Source of the DNA: an uncultured delta proteobacterium
GTDB taxonomy: Bacteria > Desulfobacterota > RBG-13-43-22
Direction: 5' to 3'
Length of the DNA: 64,000 nucleotides
Assembly (NCBI GenBank): GCA_963711835.1
Contig: CAVQFQ010000006.1
Location: forward strand, 101,213-165,212
Positions 8,731-19,480 of the stretch are shown here, in pieces; position 1 is the stretch's first letter, and each line of letters begins with the position of its first letter. The notes beneath the pieces were generated by a model. It had not been told where the DNA came from. It saw only the letters and a list, made by a program, of their open reading frames with translations, and did not search any database. A program made the translations under genes and the position numbers.

Positions 8731-9702
8731 CTAATCGGCATAGGCCCCGGCCTTCTTGAGGATCGGCCCCCATTTGTCGGTTTCAGCCTTGAGGTGCTTG
8801 CGCAGGGCATCCGGGGTGGCGCGGTCTTCACTGACCGGGTCCGTTCCCAGGTCATGGAAGCGTTGAATAACCATACTGTCTTTCAGGGCAACCTGCAAAG
8901 CCTTGGTGAGTTTATCGATGATAGGCTTCGGCGTGCCCTTGGGGGCATAAAGGCCGTGCCAGATGGCGACCTCGAATCCTTTCAATCCCGCCTCGTCCAT
9001 GGTCGGGACATTTGGCAGGGAGGAGACCCGTTTCTTGGTTGTAACCCCATAGACCTTGATCTTCCCGGCCCTGATCTGGCTGGTGGTGTTGGTGGTCTGG
9101 TCGCACATGAGGTCGACCTGCCCGCCCAGTAGGTCGTTCATGGCCGGCCCGGTCCCCTTGTAGGGAATGGTGGTCAGGTCCGTCTCGATAGCAACCATAA
9201 AGAGCGTACCGCACAAATGCGAGGCGGCCCCGAGGCCGGCGTTGGCCAGGTTGACTTTGGCCTTGTTGGCCTTGACATAGGCGATCATTTCCCTGAGATC
9301 TTTGGGAGGAAAGTCCTTTTTGGCCACCATGGTCATGGGCACTTCATTGATCAGGCCGATGGGCTCAAAGTCGGTGATCGGGGTATAGGGTAGTTTGCGG
9401 TAAAGGGCCGGGGCGGTGGCCATCCCGATATGGTGCAAAAAGAGGGTGTAGCCGTCGGGCGCAGATTTAGCGGCCCGGTTGGCGCCCACAGTGCCGCCGG
9501 CGCCATCGACGTTCTCGACGATGACCTGGACATTGAGGGCCTTGGACATGGGTGCGGCCACCAGGCGGGCCACGGTGTCAGTCGGCCCACCGGCGGTAAA
9601 GGGGACAATAATGGATATGATCTTGGTGGGGTAATCTTGGGCAGCAACCGGATGAGCAACAAATAGGGTAAGAACGGCAATGGCCAAGAAAATTTTTTTC
9701 AT
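8731..9702 (-). CDS. tctC: Tripartite tricarboxylate transporter substrate-binding protein (Bug/TctC)
   Basis: Signal peptide; VPFTAGGPTD and IPYKGTGPAMNDLLGG. Confidence 0.95.
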   Translation of the reverse strand: MKKIFLAIAVLTLFVAHPVAAQDYPTKIISIIVPFTAGGPTDTVARLVAAPMSKALNVQVIVENVDGAGGTVGANRAAKSAPDGYTLFLHHIGMATAPALYRKLPYTPITDFEPIGLINEVPMTMVAKKDFPPKDLREMIAYVKANKAKVNLANAGLGAASHLCGTLFMVAIETDLTTIPYKGTGPAMNDLLGGQVDLMCDQTTNTTSQIRAGKIKVYGVTTKKRVSSLPNVPTMDEAGLKGFEVAIWHGLYAPKGTPKPIIDKLTKALQVALKDSMVIQRFHDLGTDPVSEDRATPDALRKHLKAETDKWGPILKKAGAYAD

Positions 9703-9788
9703 TAATCGGTATCCTCCTTGCGGTTAAGTTGGCTGATTCTAAATTTAGCCTGGAAGGGGTGTCAAGGGAAAAATGTGAGAAGCAGGAT

Positions 9789-11519
9789 TTAAATATGGCC
9801 CAAAAGAGCGATGAGACCTGCCAGGAGAAAACTGGACTCGATCAGGGTCTCAAAAAAAATACTGCCGGGCAAGGCCCATTTTTTTTCATAAGTGGTCAAA
9901 AGCAACCCTTGATACCCGAAAGCAATCAGAAGCCCCAAGGCCCAGAGGGGCAGGAGACCCGACAGGCTGGCCAGCGCTACCAGAATCATGGTTCCTAAAC
10001 ACAACATTTTTAGAAAAAGAAGGGTTTTTTCTTCGCCGATCAAGATGGGCAGGGTTTCCTTGCCCACGATCATATCCCCTTGAATGTCCAGAATATCAAA
10101 AAGCCCGGAGCGGATATAAACAAAACTGCAGATGGCCAAGAAAATGATCAGGATGCTCACCGTTAAGGGCCGGTTTTCAGCCAGGACTGGAATCAGGGTG
10201 GTCACGCCGCCCCACCCGAGGGCTACGGAAAGGGTTTTCGAGGCCGGCAGGTCCTTGATTTTTTTCATGGAGGTAAACCGCTGCCAGACGGCCGGAACGA
10301 TTTGAAAGCTGTAAAGGATGCCCAGGAGGCTCATAAAGGCCAAGAGTAAAAAAGGCTTCCAGCCTAATCGATAGGTGAGGAATAGGGACAAGAGGGTTGC
10401 CCCTATCCCCGAGGAAAAAAAGAGGATCCGGTTCCGTTGATAGAACAGGGAACGATCCGGGTCGTTGTATTCGGCCGCCCCCGAATCCAAGAGATGGTTG
10501 AGGATATGCATGGCATAGATATAGGAAAAGGTAATGGCCATATAGATCCATGGTAAAGGCGCCTGCCGGAGGTGGGCCACCGCCAAACTCAGACAGGCCG
10601 CCCCAAAGGCCACCATCAGGTTGGTTTTTAAAAGGAAACGAAGAAGACGAAAGAGGAAAGGGCTCCAGAAAGGTTCTCCCTTTCCTTTGATGGATTCCAA
10701 TTCCTGGACCACTTTTCGAATCATCCAGTTCGGCGTGGAGGCACCGGCGGTTACGCCCACCTGCTTGAATCGGCTTAATTCTTTCCGGTCCAGTTCCTCT
10801 TCGGTCTCCACCTGAAAACAGGGAGTGCCCACGCCCCGGGCGATTCTTACCAGGCGGCGGGTGTTTCCGCTGTTATAGCCTCCGACGATGACCAGGCCCT
10901 CCACATTCTGAGCCAGGGTCTTGACTTCGGTTTGACGTTCGTGGGTGGCATGACAGATGGTATTGAAGACCAGGAGATCAGGAAATCGTTTTTGGAGACC
11001 CGCAACCACTTCCTGGAAAAGGCTTTCATCCTGGGTGGTCTGGGCGACGACGATGACTTTCTCCAAAGGAGGAAGGCCGTTCACCTGGCCGGAGTCGGAG
11101 ACAACGATACCGGAGCCCTGGGAATAACCCAGAAGACCGACTACTTCCGGGTGGTCCTGATCTCCGACAATAATCGGGGTATATCCCTGGCGGGTATATT
11201 TGCGGATAATGGCCTGGACCTTGATGACCCGTGGACAGGTGGCATCAATAACAAAAAAGCCGGCCTGTTTTAGTTTTTCCTTTTCTTCGGGGGGAATGCC
11301 GTGGGCCCGGATAACAATGGTACCCTCATGCCGATCCTGAAGCCGGTCCAGGATCTGAATGCCTTTTTTTTCGAGCATCCGCAGGACCTGGGGGTTATGG
11401 ATCAGGGGACCATAGGTGTAAATAGGATCCTGGTAGTGATAGGTGGCCTCGATGGCCAATTCCATGGCCCTTTTCACTCCCATGCAAAAGCCGGCTTTTT
11501 TTGCCAAACGGACTTTCAT
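9789..11519 (-). CDS. ispH: 4-hydroxy-3-methylbut-2-enyl diphosphate reductase fused to a C-terminal UbiA-like prenyltransferase domain
   Basis: GFCMGV, DATCPRV, TICHAT, SGN and AGASTP; membrane C-terminal part with NHLLDxxxxEYNDPDR and DILDIQGDxxxGKETLP. Confidence 0.92.
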   Translation of the reverse strand: MKVRLAKKAGFCMGVKRAMELAIEATYHYQDPIYTYGPLIHNPQVLRMLEKKGIQILDRLQDRHEGTIVIRAHGIPPEEKEKLKQAGFFVIDATCPRVIKVQAIIRKYTRQGYTPIIVGDQDHPEVVGLLGYSQGSGIVVSDSGQVNGLPPLEKVIVVAQTTQDESLFQEVVAGLQKRFPDLLVFNTICHATHERQTEVKTLAQNVEGLVIVGGYNSGNTRRLVRIARGVGTPCFQVETEEELDRKELSRFKQVGVTAGASTPNWMIRKVVQELESIKGKGEPFWSPFLFRLLRFLLKTNLMVAFGAACLSLAVAHLRQAPLPWIYMAITFSYIYAMHILNHLLDSGAAEYNDPDRSLFYQRNRILFFSSGIGATLLSLFLTYRLGWKPFLLLAFMSLLGILYSFQIVPAVWQRFTSMKKIKDLPASKTLSVALGWGGVTTLIPVLAENRPLTVSILIIFLAICSFVYIRSGLFDILDIQGDMIVGKETLPILIGEEKTLLFLKMLCLGTMILVALASLSGLLPLWALGLLIAFGYQGLLLTTYEKKWALPGSIFFETLIESSFLLAGLIALLGHI

Positions 11520-11541
11520 TAAATCTCGATGCCTTTGATCA

Positions 11542-11840
11542 TATTAATGGTCTCAAAATAAAAGTTACCAACAGGGACCGGGGGGTCTTCTTTTCTGGGG
11601 TTGTCCAAAGGGTAACTCATCGCCCTATCCCGGCCCGGACGGCTAAGTGGGTTAGGTGCAGGGCATTCACCCAAGTCCGTTTCGGGCATTAGTGGTGGCC
11701 TTTCTCTGAATTAGAACCCGAATTTGGCCCGGCAAAGAAGCTTCGGGCTTGAAGGTGGACAACCCAGAAAAGAAGACCCCTCGGTCCCGCTAAGGCAAGC
11801 TCCTCAATTTCATGTCAAGACATTTATGAGATCCTTAATA
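11542..11840 (+). mobile_element. MITE-like element A, copy 2 (299 bp)
   Basis: Aligns end to end with 4728-5028; each TIR carries one substitution. Confidence 0.85.
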
Positions 11841-11844
11841 AGGA

Positions 11845-12846
11845 TCAGCATTCTCTTTCCCCCTGCCCTTCAGCCTGCGCCTGGGGAAGCAGGGAACGCC
11901 TATAGTTTTCAAAAAGGTTTTTCAGGTTTTCCGGGGACTTGGCCAGGGCCACCTCCTGCCGGAATCCTCCGCTGTCGGGCAAACCCCGGGTCAGGATGAA
12001 CAAGGCCCGCCGCAGGCCTTGAATTTGAGCCCTTCCGTATTGATTAGACATGATCCAGTCCCAATAGGAGGTGAGCCATAGACGTCTTTGCTCCAGTGTC
12101 GGCCCGCCCGGCAATCCCCCGGCCTCCAAGGCCCTGATTTCAGTAAAAATCCAAGGGGTGGTGAGGGCCTGGCGGCCGATCATGATGCCATCGGCTCCGC
12201 TTGATTTTTTAAGGGCTATGGCCTGAGAGGCGGAATGGACATCCCCATTCCCGATCACCGGGATTTTTATTTTTTCTTTCATTTCCTTTAAAATGGACCA
12301 GTCGGCTTGACCGGAAAACCCCTGTACGGCCCAACGGGGGTGAATAGTTATGGCATCCACTCCGGCCTCTTCGGCTATTCGGGCGACGGTCTCGAAAACC
12401 GGATTTTCCTTGCTCCAGCCCGGCCGTATCTTTATGGTCAGCGGAAGGGCAATGCTTCGGCGCACAGCCTTGATCAAGGTCTCCACCTGCCTCGGACTTT
12501 TCAGGAGGGCGGCCCCGGCCCCGGTTTTAACCACCTTTTTGACCGGGCAGCCCATATTGATATCGATGATATCCGCCCCGGCGGCCTGGGCGATTAAGGC
12601 GGCCCGGGCCATGATCTCAGGATCGGCACCAAAGAGTTGGACGGTTAAAGGGTGGTCCTCCGGGACGGTCTTAAGAAAAGAACGGCTGGCCGGCACCTCC
12701 CGGACCAGGCCTTCGGAGCTGACCATTTCCGTATAGGCCAGTTCACAGCCCAGGTTCCTGATCAGAAGCCGGAAGGGAAGGTCGGTATATCCGGCCATGG
12801 GCGCCATGAAATAGGGGAAGGAGATGACCCGGTTTCCTATGTTCAC
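11845..12846 (-). CDS. dusB: tRNA-dihydrouridine synthase (DusB type)
   Basis: APMAGYTD, INMGCP, GAGAALL and GNGDV. Confidence 0.9.
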   Translation of the reverse strand: MNIGNRVISFPYFMAPMAGYTDLPFRLLIRNLGCELAYTEMVSSEGLVREVPASRSFLKTVPEDHPLTVQLFGADPEIMARAALIAQAAGADIIDINMGCPVKKVVKTGAGAALLKSPRQVETLIKAVRRSIALPLTIKIRPGWSKENPVFETVARIAEEAGVDAITIHPRWAVQGFSGQADWSILKEMKEKIKIPVIGNGDVHSASQAIALKKSSGADGIMIGRQALTTPWIFTEIRALEAGGLPGGPTLEQRRLWLTSYWDWIMSNQYGRAQIQGLRRALFILTRGLPDSGGFRQEVALAKSPENLKNLFENYRRSLLPQAQAEGQGEREC

Positions 12847-13109
12847 CGGCCTATTTTCTCAACATTTCTTTGTGGTCCGCAGCACGTCATAAGGCCTTGG
12901 TAAAGGGGTTAAGCCCCCTCGATCCGCGATAACGAATTTTAGAACCAGCGATTTTATTTTTATCCTAACTCCCCTATGGGCCGTCAAAGGAACTAAACGG
13001 GAAAAGTATATCACAAGGACCGGTTTTTGGACAAAAAATCAGAAAATGAGAAAAAATAGGAAAAAGTTTAAGGGGGCGCCGTCAAATAGGGTTTCCAATG
13101 GGATTATTC

Positions 13110-13138
13110 TTGACTATAGACAGCAATTAAATTAAATT
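13110..13138 (+). promoter_or_regulatory. Putative sigma70 promoter of the lysS operon
   Basis: TTGACT-N17-TAAATT, ending about 57 nt upstream of the ATG. Confidence 0.45.
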
Positions 13139-13195
13139 TATCATTTTGTTCGGCCCGATCAGGGAGGGCGACCTATCTCATTAAGGACTGCTTAG

Positions 13196-14689
13196 ATGGA
13201 AGAGGACAACCTGTTACGACAACAGCGCTTGAAGAAAGCCGAGGAGTTGAAATCCTCCGGGATTAATCTCTATCCCAGCTTTAATCAAGTCAGCCATAAG
13301 ATTAAAGAAATCCAAGAAGGTTTCAGTTCGGTGGGGGAAAACCTGCCGGAAGATTCCAGCCCCTTGGTCAAAGCCGCCGGCCGGTTAATGGCCATCCGGG
13401 ATTTCGGAAAGAGCGTCTTTTTTCAGGTCCAGGACGGAACCGGCCGTCTTCAGGGCTACCTGAAAAAAGAGTTAATCGGGGCTGATGGTTTTTCTTTGTT
13501 TAAGAAAATGGACGTAGGGGATTTTTTGGGTCTGGAAGGCCCCCTCTTTCGGACCAAGACCGGTGAGTTAACCATTCTGGTCAAGAAACTGCAACTGTTG
13601 TCCAAGGCCCTGCGTCCCCTGCCGGAAAAATTCCACGGCCTGGTGGACGTGGAACAGAGGTACCGGCAGCGCTATCTGGATTTGCTGGTAAACGTCAAGG
13701 TCCGGGAAATTTTCCATCTGCGCTCAAAATTGATGGCCCTGATCCGGAGTTTTATGACCGACCGGGGATTCCTGGAGGTGGAAACCCCGATGATGCAGGC
13801 CATCCCGGGAGGGGCGACGGCCAAACCCTTTAAGACCTTTCATAATGCCTTGAATCTCCCTCTTTTCCTTCGGATCGCCCCTGAACTTTATTTAAAACGT
13901 TTGGTTGTCGGCGGCCTGGACAAGGTCTTTGAGATTAATCGCAATTTTAGGAACGAGGGGATTTCCATTCAGCATAACCCGGAATTTACCATGATCGAGT
14001 TTTATCAGGCCTATGCCACCTACCAGGACCTGATGAACTTAACCGAAGAACTATTCCATTCCCTGGCCATGGATCTGAAGGGGAGTTTGCGTTTCTCCTA
14101 CCAGGGTGAAGCCATTGATTTAACCCCGCCCTGGGAACGGATTCCCTTTATGGAATCCCTGACCGGGATCGGCGGGATCGATCCCGAGGTCCTGAAGGAT
14201 TCCCGGAAGGCCATAGACTTAGCCCGCAGCCTGGGGGCCGATCTTAGGGCCACCGATGGGAAGGGGAAAGCCCTGACCAAGATATTTGAACAATTGGTCG
14301 AACCCCGCTTGCGGCAACCGACTTTTGTCACCGGCTACCCGATCGAGGTCTCACCCCTGGCCAAGCGAAATCAGGAAGATCCGGAAGTAACCGATCGTTT
14401 TGAACTGTTTATCTCCGGGCGGGAATTGGCCAACGGCTTTAACGAACTGAATGATCCCCTGGAGCAAAAAGAACGGTTTTTGGATCAACTGAAGGCCAAG
14501 GAAGCCGGGGATGAAGAGGCCCAGGATATGGACTGGGATTTTTTGCTGGCCCTGGAATACGGCCTGCCGCCGACTGCCGGCGAGGGAATAGGGGTGGACC
14601 GGCTGGTGATGCTTTTCTCCGATGCCCCCTCGATTCGGGAGGTGATCCTTTTTCCGCAGCTTAGGCCGGAGAAGGGTGCTGTTTCCTGA
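13196..14689 (+). CDS. lysS: Lysyl-tRNA synthetase, class II
   Basis: [27 protein letters not shown] and GIGVDRLVM. Confidence 0.97.
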   Translation: MEEDNLLRQQRLKKAEELKSSGINLYPSFNQVSHKIKEIQEGFSSVGENLPEDSSPLVKAAGRLMAIRDFGKSVFFQVQDGTGRLQGYLKKELIGADGFSLFKKMDVGDFLGLEGPLFRTKTGELTILVKKLQLLSKALRPLPEKFHGLVDVEQRYRQRYLDLLVNVKVREIFHLRSKLMALIRSFMTDRGFLEVETPMMQAIPGGATAKPFKTFHNALNLPLFLRIAPELYLKRLVVGGLDKVFEINRNFRNEGISIQHNPEFTMIEFYQAYATYQDLMNLTEELFHSLAMDLKGSLRFSYQGEAIDLTPPWERIPFMESLTGIGGIDPEVLKDSRKAIDLARSLGADLRATDGKGKALTKIFEQLVEPRLRQPTFVTGYPIEVSPLAKRNQEDPEVTDRFELFISGRELANGFNELNDPLEQKERFLDQLKAKEAGDEEAQDMDWDFLLALEYGLPPTAGEGIGVDRLVMLFSDAPSIREVILFPQLRPEKGAVS

Positions 14690-14737
14690 AAGCCGAAGAC
14701 CGCCTGCTGATCGCTGCGCGCTGTTTGAAAGCCGACC

Positions 14738-15982
14738 ATGTTTTTTGAATTCTTTATTAGTTACCGCTACCTGAAGGCCAAGAGAAAGCAGACCTTTATT
14801 TCCATCATCACCTTTATTTCCGTCGGGGGGGTGGCCTTGGGGGTGACGGCGCTGATTGTGGTCCTGGCGGTCATGAGCGGTTTTGAAAATGATTTAAAAA
14901 ATAAGATCCTGGGCTTGAATTCCCATGCCCTGGTATTAAGCTGGCATAATGCCATTGAAGATTATGCCCAGGTGGGGGCCAAGGTGGACACCGTTCCCGG
15001 CGTCGTCGGGTCCACCCCTTTTATCCTGACCCAGGTCTTATTGAGCGGGGGGGGGCAGGTGACCGGCGCGGTCCTGCGGGGGATTGATATCCGGAGTGCC
15101 CCCAAGGTCATTTCCCTGGATCGGATCATAAAAAAGGGGAGTTGGGCTGCCCTGGAATCTCCGGCCCCGGGGATCAAGGAAGAACCCTCTCTGCCGGGCA
15201 TCATCTTGGGCCAGGAATTGGCACGGAATCTAGGTCTCTCTCTGAAGGATACCCTTTCCGTAATTTCTCCCTTAGGGGAAGTGACGCCCTTAGGACGGGT
15301 TCCCAAGATGCGGCCCTTCCGGCTGGTGGGGATCTTTGAATCCGGGATGTTTGAGTATGACTCGACCATGGCCTTTATTTCCTTAAGCCAGGCGCAAGCC
15401 TTTCTGGGCCTCTTCGGAAAGGTCAGCGGGCTGGAAGTCAAAACCCGTGACCTCTACCAGGCCCAAGGCATTGCCAAGGCCATTCAAGAAAAACTGGGTT
15501 TCCCCTTTTGGACCAAGGACTGGATGCGCATGAACAAAAACCTCTTTTCGGCCTTGAAATTGGAGAAGCTGGTCATGTTCATTATCCTGACCTTGATTAT
15601 TCTGGTGGCTGCCTTTAATATCGTAGCCTCCCTGATCATGGTGGTTATGGAAAAAACCAAGGACATTGCCATCCTGAAGTCGATGGGAACGACCTCCGGC
15701 AGTATAATGAAAATTTTTATGTTGGAAGGCCTTATCATCGGAACGGTCGGAACCGCCCTGGGTGTTTTGGGGGGTCTGGGCTTGTGTCACCTGCTCCAGA
15801 AATACCAATTTATAAAATTGCCCAGTGATGTATATTATATCTCTTCCCTCCCGGTCTTAATGAAAGGGATGGATGTCCTGGTTATCATTTTGGCGGCTTT
15901 GGGGATCAGTTTCGTGGCCACCTGGTATCCTTCCTGGCAGGCTTCCCGTCTTGACCCGGCCGAAGCCATCCGTTATGAATAA
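14738..15982 (+). CDS. lolE: Lipoprotein-releasing ABC transporter permease (LolC/E family)
   Basis: VLAVMSGF, VAAFNI, IAILKSMG and PAEAIRYE. Confidence 0.9.
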   Translation: MFFEFFISYRYLKAKRKQTFISIITFISVGGVALGVTALIVVLAVMSGFENDLKNKILGLNSHALVLSWHNAIEDYAQVGAKVDTVPGVVGSTPFILTQVLLSGGGQVTGAVLRGIDIRSAPKVISLDRIIKKGSWAALESPAPGIKEEPSLPGIILGQELARNLGLSLKDTLSVISPLGEVTPLGRVPKMRPFRLVGIFESGMFEYDSTMAFISLSQAQAFLGLFGKVSGLEVKTRDLYQAQGIAKAIQEKLGFPFWTKDWMRMNKNLFSALKLEKLVMFIILTLIILVAAFNIVASLIMVVMEKTKDIAILKSMGTTSGSIMKIFMLEGLIIGTVGTALGVLGGLGLCHLLQKYQFIKLPSDVYYISSLPVLMKGMDVLVIILAALGISFVATWYPSWQASRLDPAEAIRYE

Positions 15983-16003
15983 AGGAGCCGGGGAAGATCG
16001 CCG

Positions 16004-16699
16004 ATGTCCGTGCCCCTGTTAACGGTCAGCGCCCTGGAAAAATCCTATCTGATGAACGACCATCGGGTCGAGGTCTTGAAAGGCCTGGACTTGGAGGTCA
16101 ACCAGCGGGATACCCTGGCTGTGGTGGGGGCCTCCGGTACAGGGAAATCAACGTTACTCCATATCCTGGGGACCCTGGAACGTCCTACGAGCGGCGAGGT
16201 TCGCTATGAAGGCCGGGAACTGTTCAACCGGTTTCCCCAGGAACTGGCCGGCTTTCGGAATGAAAAAATCGGCTTTGTTTTTCAGTTTCATCACCTGCTG
16301 CCGGAATTTTCAACCCTTGAAAATGCCATGATGCCTCTATTGATTGCCAGGAAGAGCAAACAGGAGGCCGGCCGGAAGGCCGAGGAACTGCTGGTTCAAT
16401 TGGGTTTAAAAGAGCGCTTGACCCATCGCATCGGGGAATTGTCCGGCGGAGAACAGCAACGGGTGGCTATTGCCCGGGCCTTGGTGCGTTCCCCCCAACT
16501 GGTCCTGGCCGATGAACCGACCGGTAACTTGGACCGCAAAACCGGGGGGCAGATCATGGACCTTTTCCAGGAATTGAACCAGGCCAGGGGGGTTACTTTT
16601 CTGATGGTGACCCATAACCTCGATCTGGCCAAAACCTTTCAGCGCCGGATTGAAATTATTGACGGGAAGGCCTACGAAAGGACCCAGCCAAAGGTATAA
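16004..16699 (+). CDS. lolD: Lipoprotein-releasing ABC transporter ATPase
   Basis: GASGTGKS, GFVFQFHHLL, LSGGEQQR and DEPTGNLD. Confidence 0.92.
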   Translation: MSVPLLTVSALEKSYLMNDHRVEVLKGLDLEVNQRDTLAVVGASGTGKSTLLHILGTLERPTSGEVRYEGRELFNRFPQELAGFRNEKIGFVFQFHHLLPEFSTLENAMMPLLIARKSKQEAGRKAEELLVQLGLKERLTHRIGELSGGEQQRVAIARALVRSPQLVLADEPTGNLDRKTGGQIMDLFQELNQARGVTFLMVTHNLDLAKTFQRRIEIIDGKAYERTQPKV

Positions 16700-16755
16700 A
16701 TTTTTTCTCCCAACCGGTTGGGAGAAAAACCAATTTTTAAGTGAGAGGAAATTTT

Positions 16756-19410
16756 ATGGCGAAGAGGATCGGTTCCATTTTTATTTTGGGTTTCGTCTTT
16801 GCTTTCTTGGCCTCCGCCCCGGGCCAGGCCCAACCTATTGGAAAAGGGGCCATAATGCCCTTTCAGATTTACAGCCAGGAAGACCTGGCCTATCTCCAAA
16901 AAAACATTATGGAGACCTTATACGAGGGCTTGAATAAGCAAAAGATCCCCCTGGTTCCTCTTTCTGAAACAGCACCTTATCTGGGCCAGAAAATCCCCGG
17001 CGACTGGAATGAACTGCGCGGTATCGGGAAAAACCTGGGAGCGGAGTGGCTGGTTTACGGCAACCTGACCAAGATCGGCCAGGGGTTGAATTTGACCGGA
17101 AATCTTCTCGACACTTCCTCGGATAAAGCCCCGCTGACCCTCACTATGACCGAAGACGGTCTGGAGAACCTGTTAAGATTAATCTCCAAATTCTCCCGGG
17201 AGGTGGGGTTGAGAATCCTGGGGCAGGAAAAAATCGCCGAAATTGCGATCCGCGGCAATAAGAGGATAGAAGCCCAGGCCATCCTGAAGGAAATCAAATC
17301 AAAAGTGGGAGAGGCCTATCAGCCCGACCTGCTCGACCAGGACATCCGGGCCATTTTTAATATGGGCTATTTTTCCGATGTCCGATTGGAGCTGGCCCAG
17401 GCCCCTCAAGGAAAACAGGTGACCCTGGTGGTGGTCGAACGCCCCTTCGTAAAAAGGATCGATATCAAAGGAAACAAGGAAATAAAAGAAGAGGAGCTTC
17501 GGGACCAGTCAACCCTTAAAGTCTACTCCATCCTGAACCTCAACACCATCAACGAGACCCTGGAGAAACTGAATACCCATTATCAGTCCAAAGGCTATTA
17601 TAATGCCCGGGTCACTTACACGACCACATTTGAAGACCAGGAGCAGGCGGCCGTGGTGGTCTTCACTGTGGTGGAGGGGAAAAAGGTTTATATTAAAAGC
17701 ATCAGCTTCCAGGGAGTTAAAGGATTTTCGGAGAAGAAATTAAAATCCTTGATGGAGACAAATGAACAGGGTTTTTTTTACTGGTTAACCTCGTCCGGGG
17801 TCTATAAAAAGGAGCTACTGGAGCAGGATCTGGAAAAGTTAGCCTCTTTTTATTATAATAACGGATATTTAAAGGCTCGGGTGGGCGAACCCCAGGTCCG
17901 CCACGAAGGGGATTGGATTTATATCAGCATCCCGGTCGAGGAAGGGCAGCAGTTTAAGATGGGGAAAGCCGATATCCGGGGTGATTTATTGCAGGAAAAA
18001 GAAAAGTTGGTCAAAAACCTCTTGATAACCAAAGAAAAGTATTACAACCGGGAGGTGATCCGCAAAGACATCCTCCAATTGAGCGACCTCTATTCGATCG
18101 AGGGATATGCCTTCGCTGAAATTTTTCCTCAAATTCAGGAGGACCTCTCGGTGCCTAAGGTCGATCTGGTTTATGAGATCAAAAAAGGCCCCAAGGTCTA
18201 TTTTGAGCGTATCGATATCGTCGGGAATGTCAAGACCCGGGACAAGGTCATTCGCCGGGAATTCAAGGTGGCCGAAAAAGGACTTTTTGATCCCCGGGCG
18301 TTACGGAGAAGCAACGAGCTTATCCAGCGCCTGGATTATTTTGAAGAAGTCAACCTCGGCACTTCCCCGGGCAGCCAGGAAGATCGGATGAACTTAAAGG
18401 TCGAAGTTAAAGAGAAGATGACCGGCTCGTTTTCGGTGGGGGCCGGCTACAGCGCCGTGGATCAATTTGTCGTTATGGGTCAGATTTCCGAGCGCAACCT
18501 TTTCGGAAGAGGGCAGCGCCTGAGTCTGGACGCCCAACTGGGCAGTAAAACCCAACGTTACAACCTGAGTTTTGTGGAACCCTGGCTTTTCGACCGTCCT
18601 ATTTCAGCCGGTATTTCCCTTTATAACTGGATCAGGGAATATGATGACTTTACCAAAGACAGCCTCGGCGGCAGCTTGGATTTGGGGCATAACCTCTGGG
18701 GAGAATATACCCGTGGCTATATTACTTACACCTATGACGACGCCACGGTAACCAATATCAAAGACAATGCCGCCCAGATTATTAAGGATCAGGCCGGCCG
18801 TCATGTAACCAGCAGCGTCCGATTAACGCTCCGCAGGGACTCCCGGGACTTGCTTTTCAACACCACCAAAGGGTCCATGAATTACGTCTCGGTTGAATAT
18901 GCCGGCGGTCCTTTCGGCGGCACGAATTTTTTTACCAGGTATATTGCCAGCTCGGGTTGGTTCTTTCCCCTCTTCTGGGATACCACCTTTTCCGTCCATG
19001 GGAAGGTCGGCTATATCGAGCAGAACGCAGGGGGGGATTTGCCGCTCTATGAAAAATTTTATCTGGGCGGAATGAATTCGATTCGAGGCTATCCGGCCCT
19101 TTCCGTCAGCCCCAAGGACCCGGCGACCGGGGATAAAATAGGCGGGGACAAGATGGTCCAGTTCAATCTCGAATACATTTTTCCGATCATTGCCAAGGCC
19201 GGGATCAAAGGGGTTTTATTTTTAGACCTGGCCAATTCCTATCTGAAAGATGAGACCGTTGATTTTAGTAGTCTTAGAAAAAGCATCGGAGCGGGGATCC
19301 GCTGGTATTCTCCTATGGGCCCGCTGCGTCTGGAGTTCGGCTACAATCTGGATCCGAAGCCCGGGGATCCATCCAATAACTGGGATTTCAGCATCGGGAC
19401 CCTTTTTTAA
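16756..19410 (+). CDS. bamA: Outer membrane protein assembly factor BamA with an extra N-terminal domain
   Basis: Signal peptide, POTRA repeats, IRGY motif, WYSPMGPLR and terminal Phe; ATG at 16756 chosen for its RBS. Confidence 0.95.
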   Translation: MAKRIGSIFILGFVFAFLASAPGQAQPIGKGAIMPFQIYSQEDLAYLQKNIMETLYEGLNKQKIPLVPLSETAPYLGQKIPGDWNELRGIGKNLGAEWLVYGNLTKIGQGLNLTGNLLDTSSDKAPLTLTMTEDGLENLLRLISKFSREVGLRILGQEKIAEIAIRGNKRIEAQAILKEIKSKVGEAYQPDLLDQDIRAIFNMGYFSDVRLELAQAPQGKQVTLVVVERPFVKRIDIKGNKEIKEEELRDQSTLKVYSILNLNTINETLEKLNTHYQSKGYYNARVTYTTTFEDQEQAAVVVFTVVEGKKVYIKSISFQGVKGFSEKKLKSLMETNEQGFFYWLTSSGVYKKELLEQDLEKLASFYYNNGYLKARVGEPQVRHEGDWIYISIPVEEGQQFKMGKADIRGDLLQEKEKLVKNLLITKEKYYNREVIRKDILQLSDLYSIEGYAFAEIFPQIQEDLSVPKVDLVYEIKKGPKVYFERIDIVGNVKTRDKVIRREFKVAEKGLFDPRALRRSNELIQRLDYFEEVNLGTSPGSQEDRMNLKVEVKEKMTGSFSVGAGYSAVDQFVVMGQISERNLFGRGQRLSLDAQLGSKTQRYNLSFVEPWLFDRPISAGISLYNWIREYDDFTKDSLGGSLDLGHNLWGEYTRGYITYTYDDATVTNIKDNAAQIIKDQAGRHVTSSVRLTLRRDSRDLLFNTTKGSMNYVSVEYAGGPFGGTNFFTRYIASSGWFFPLFWDTTFSVHGKVGYIEQNAGGDLPLYEKFYLGGMNSIRGYPALSVSPKDPATGDKIGGDKMVQFNLEYIFPIIAKAGIKGVLFLDLANSYLKDETVDFSSLRKSIGAGIRWYSPMGPLRLEFGYNLDPKPGDPSNNWDFSIGTLF

Positions 19411-19480
19411 GCGACTCACCTAAGGCGGCCGGTCTGGATCGGCCCCTTAAAAAAGTGTAAATAAAACCAGGAGGCATTGA

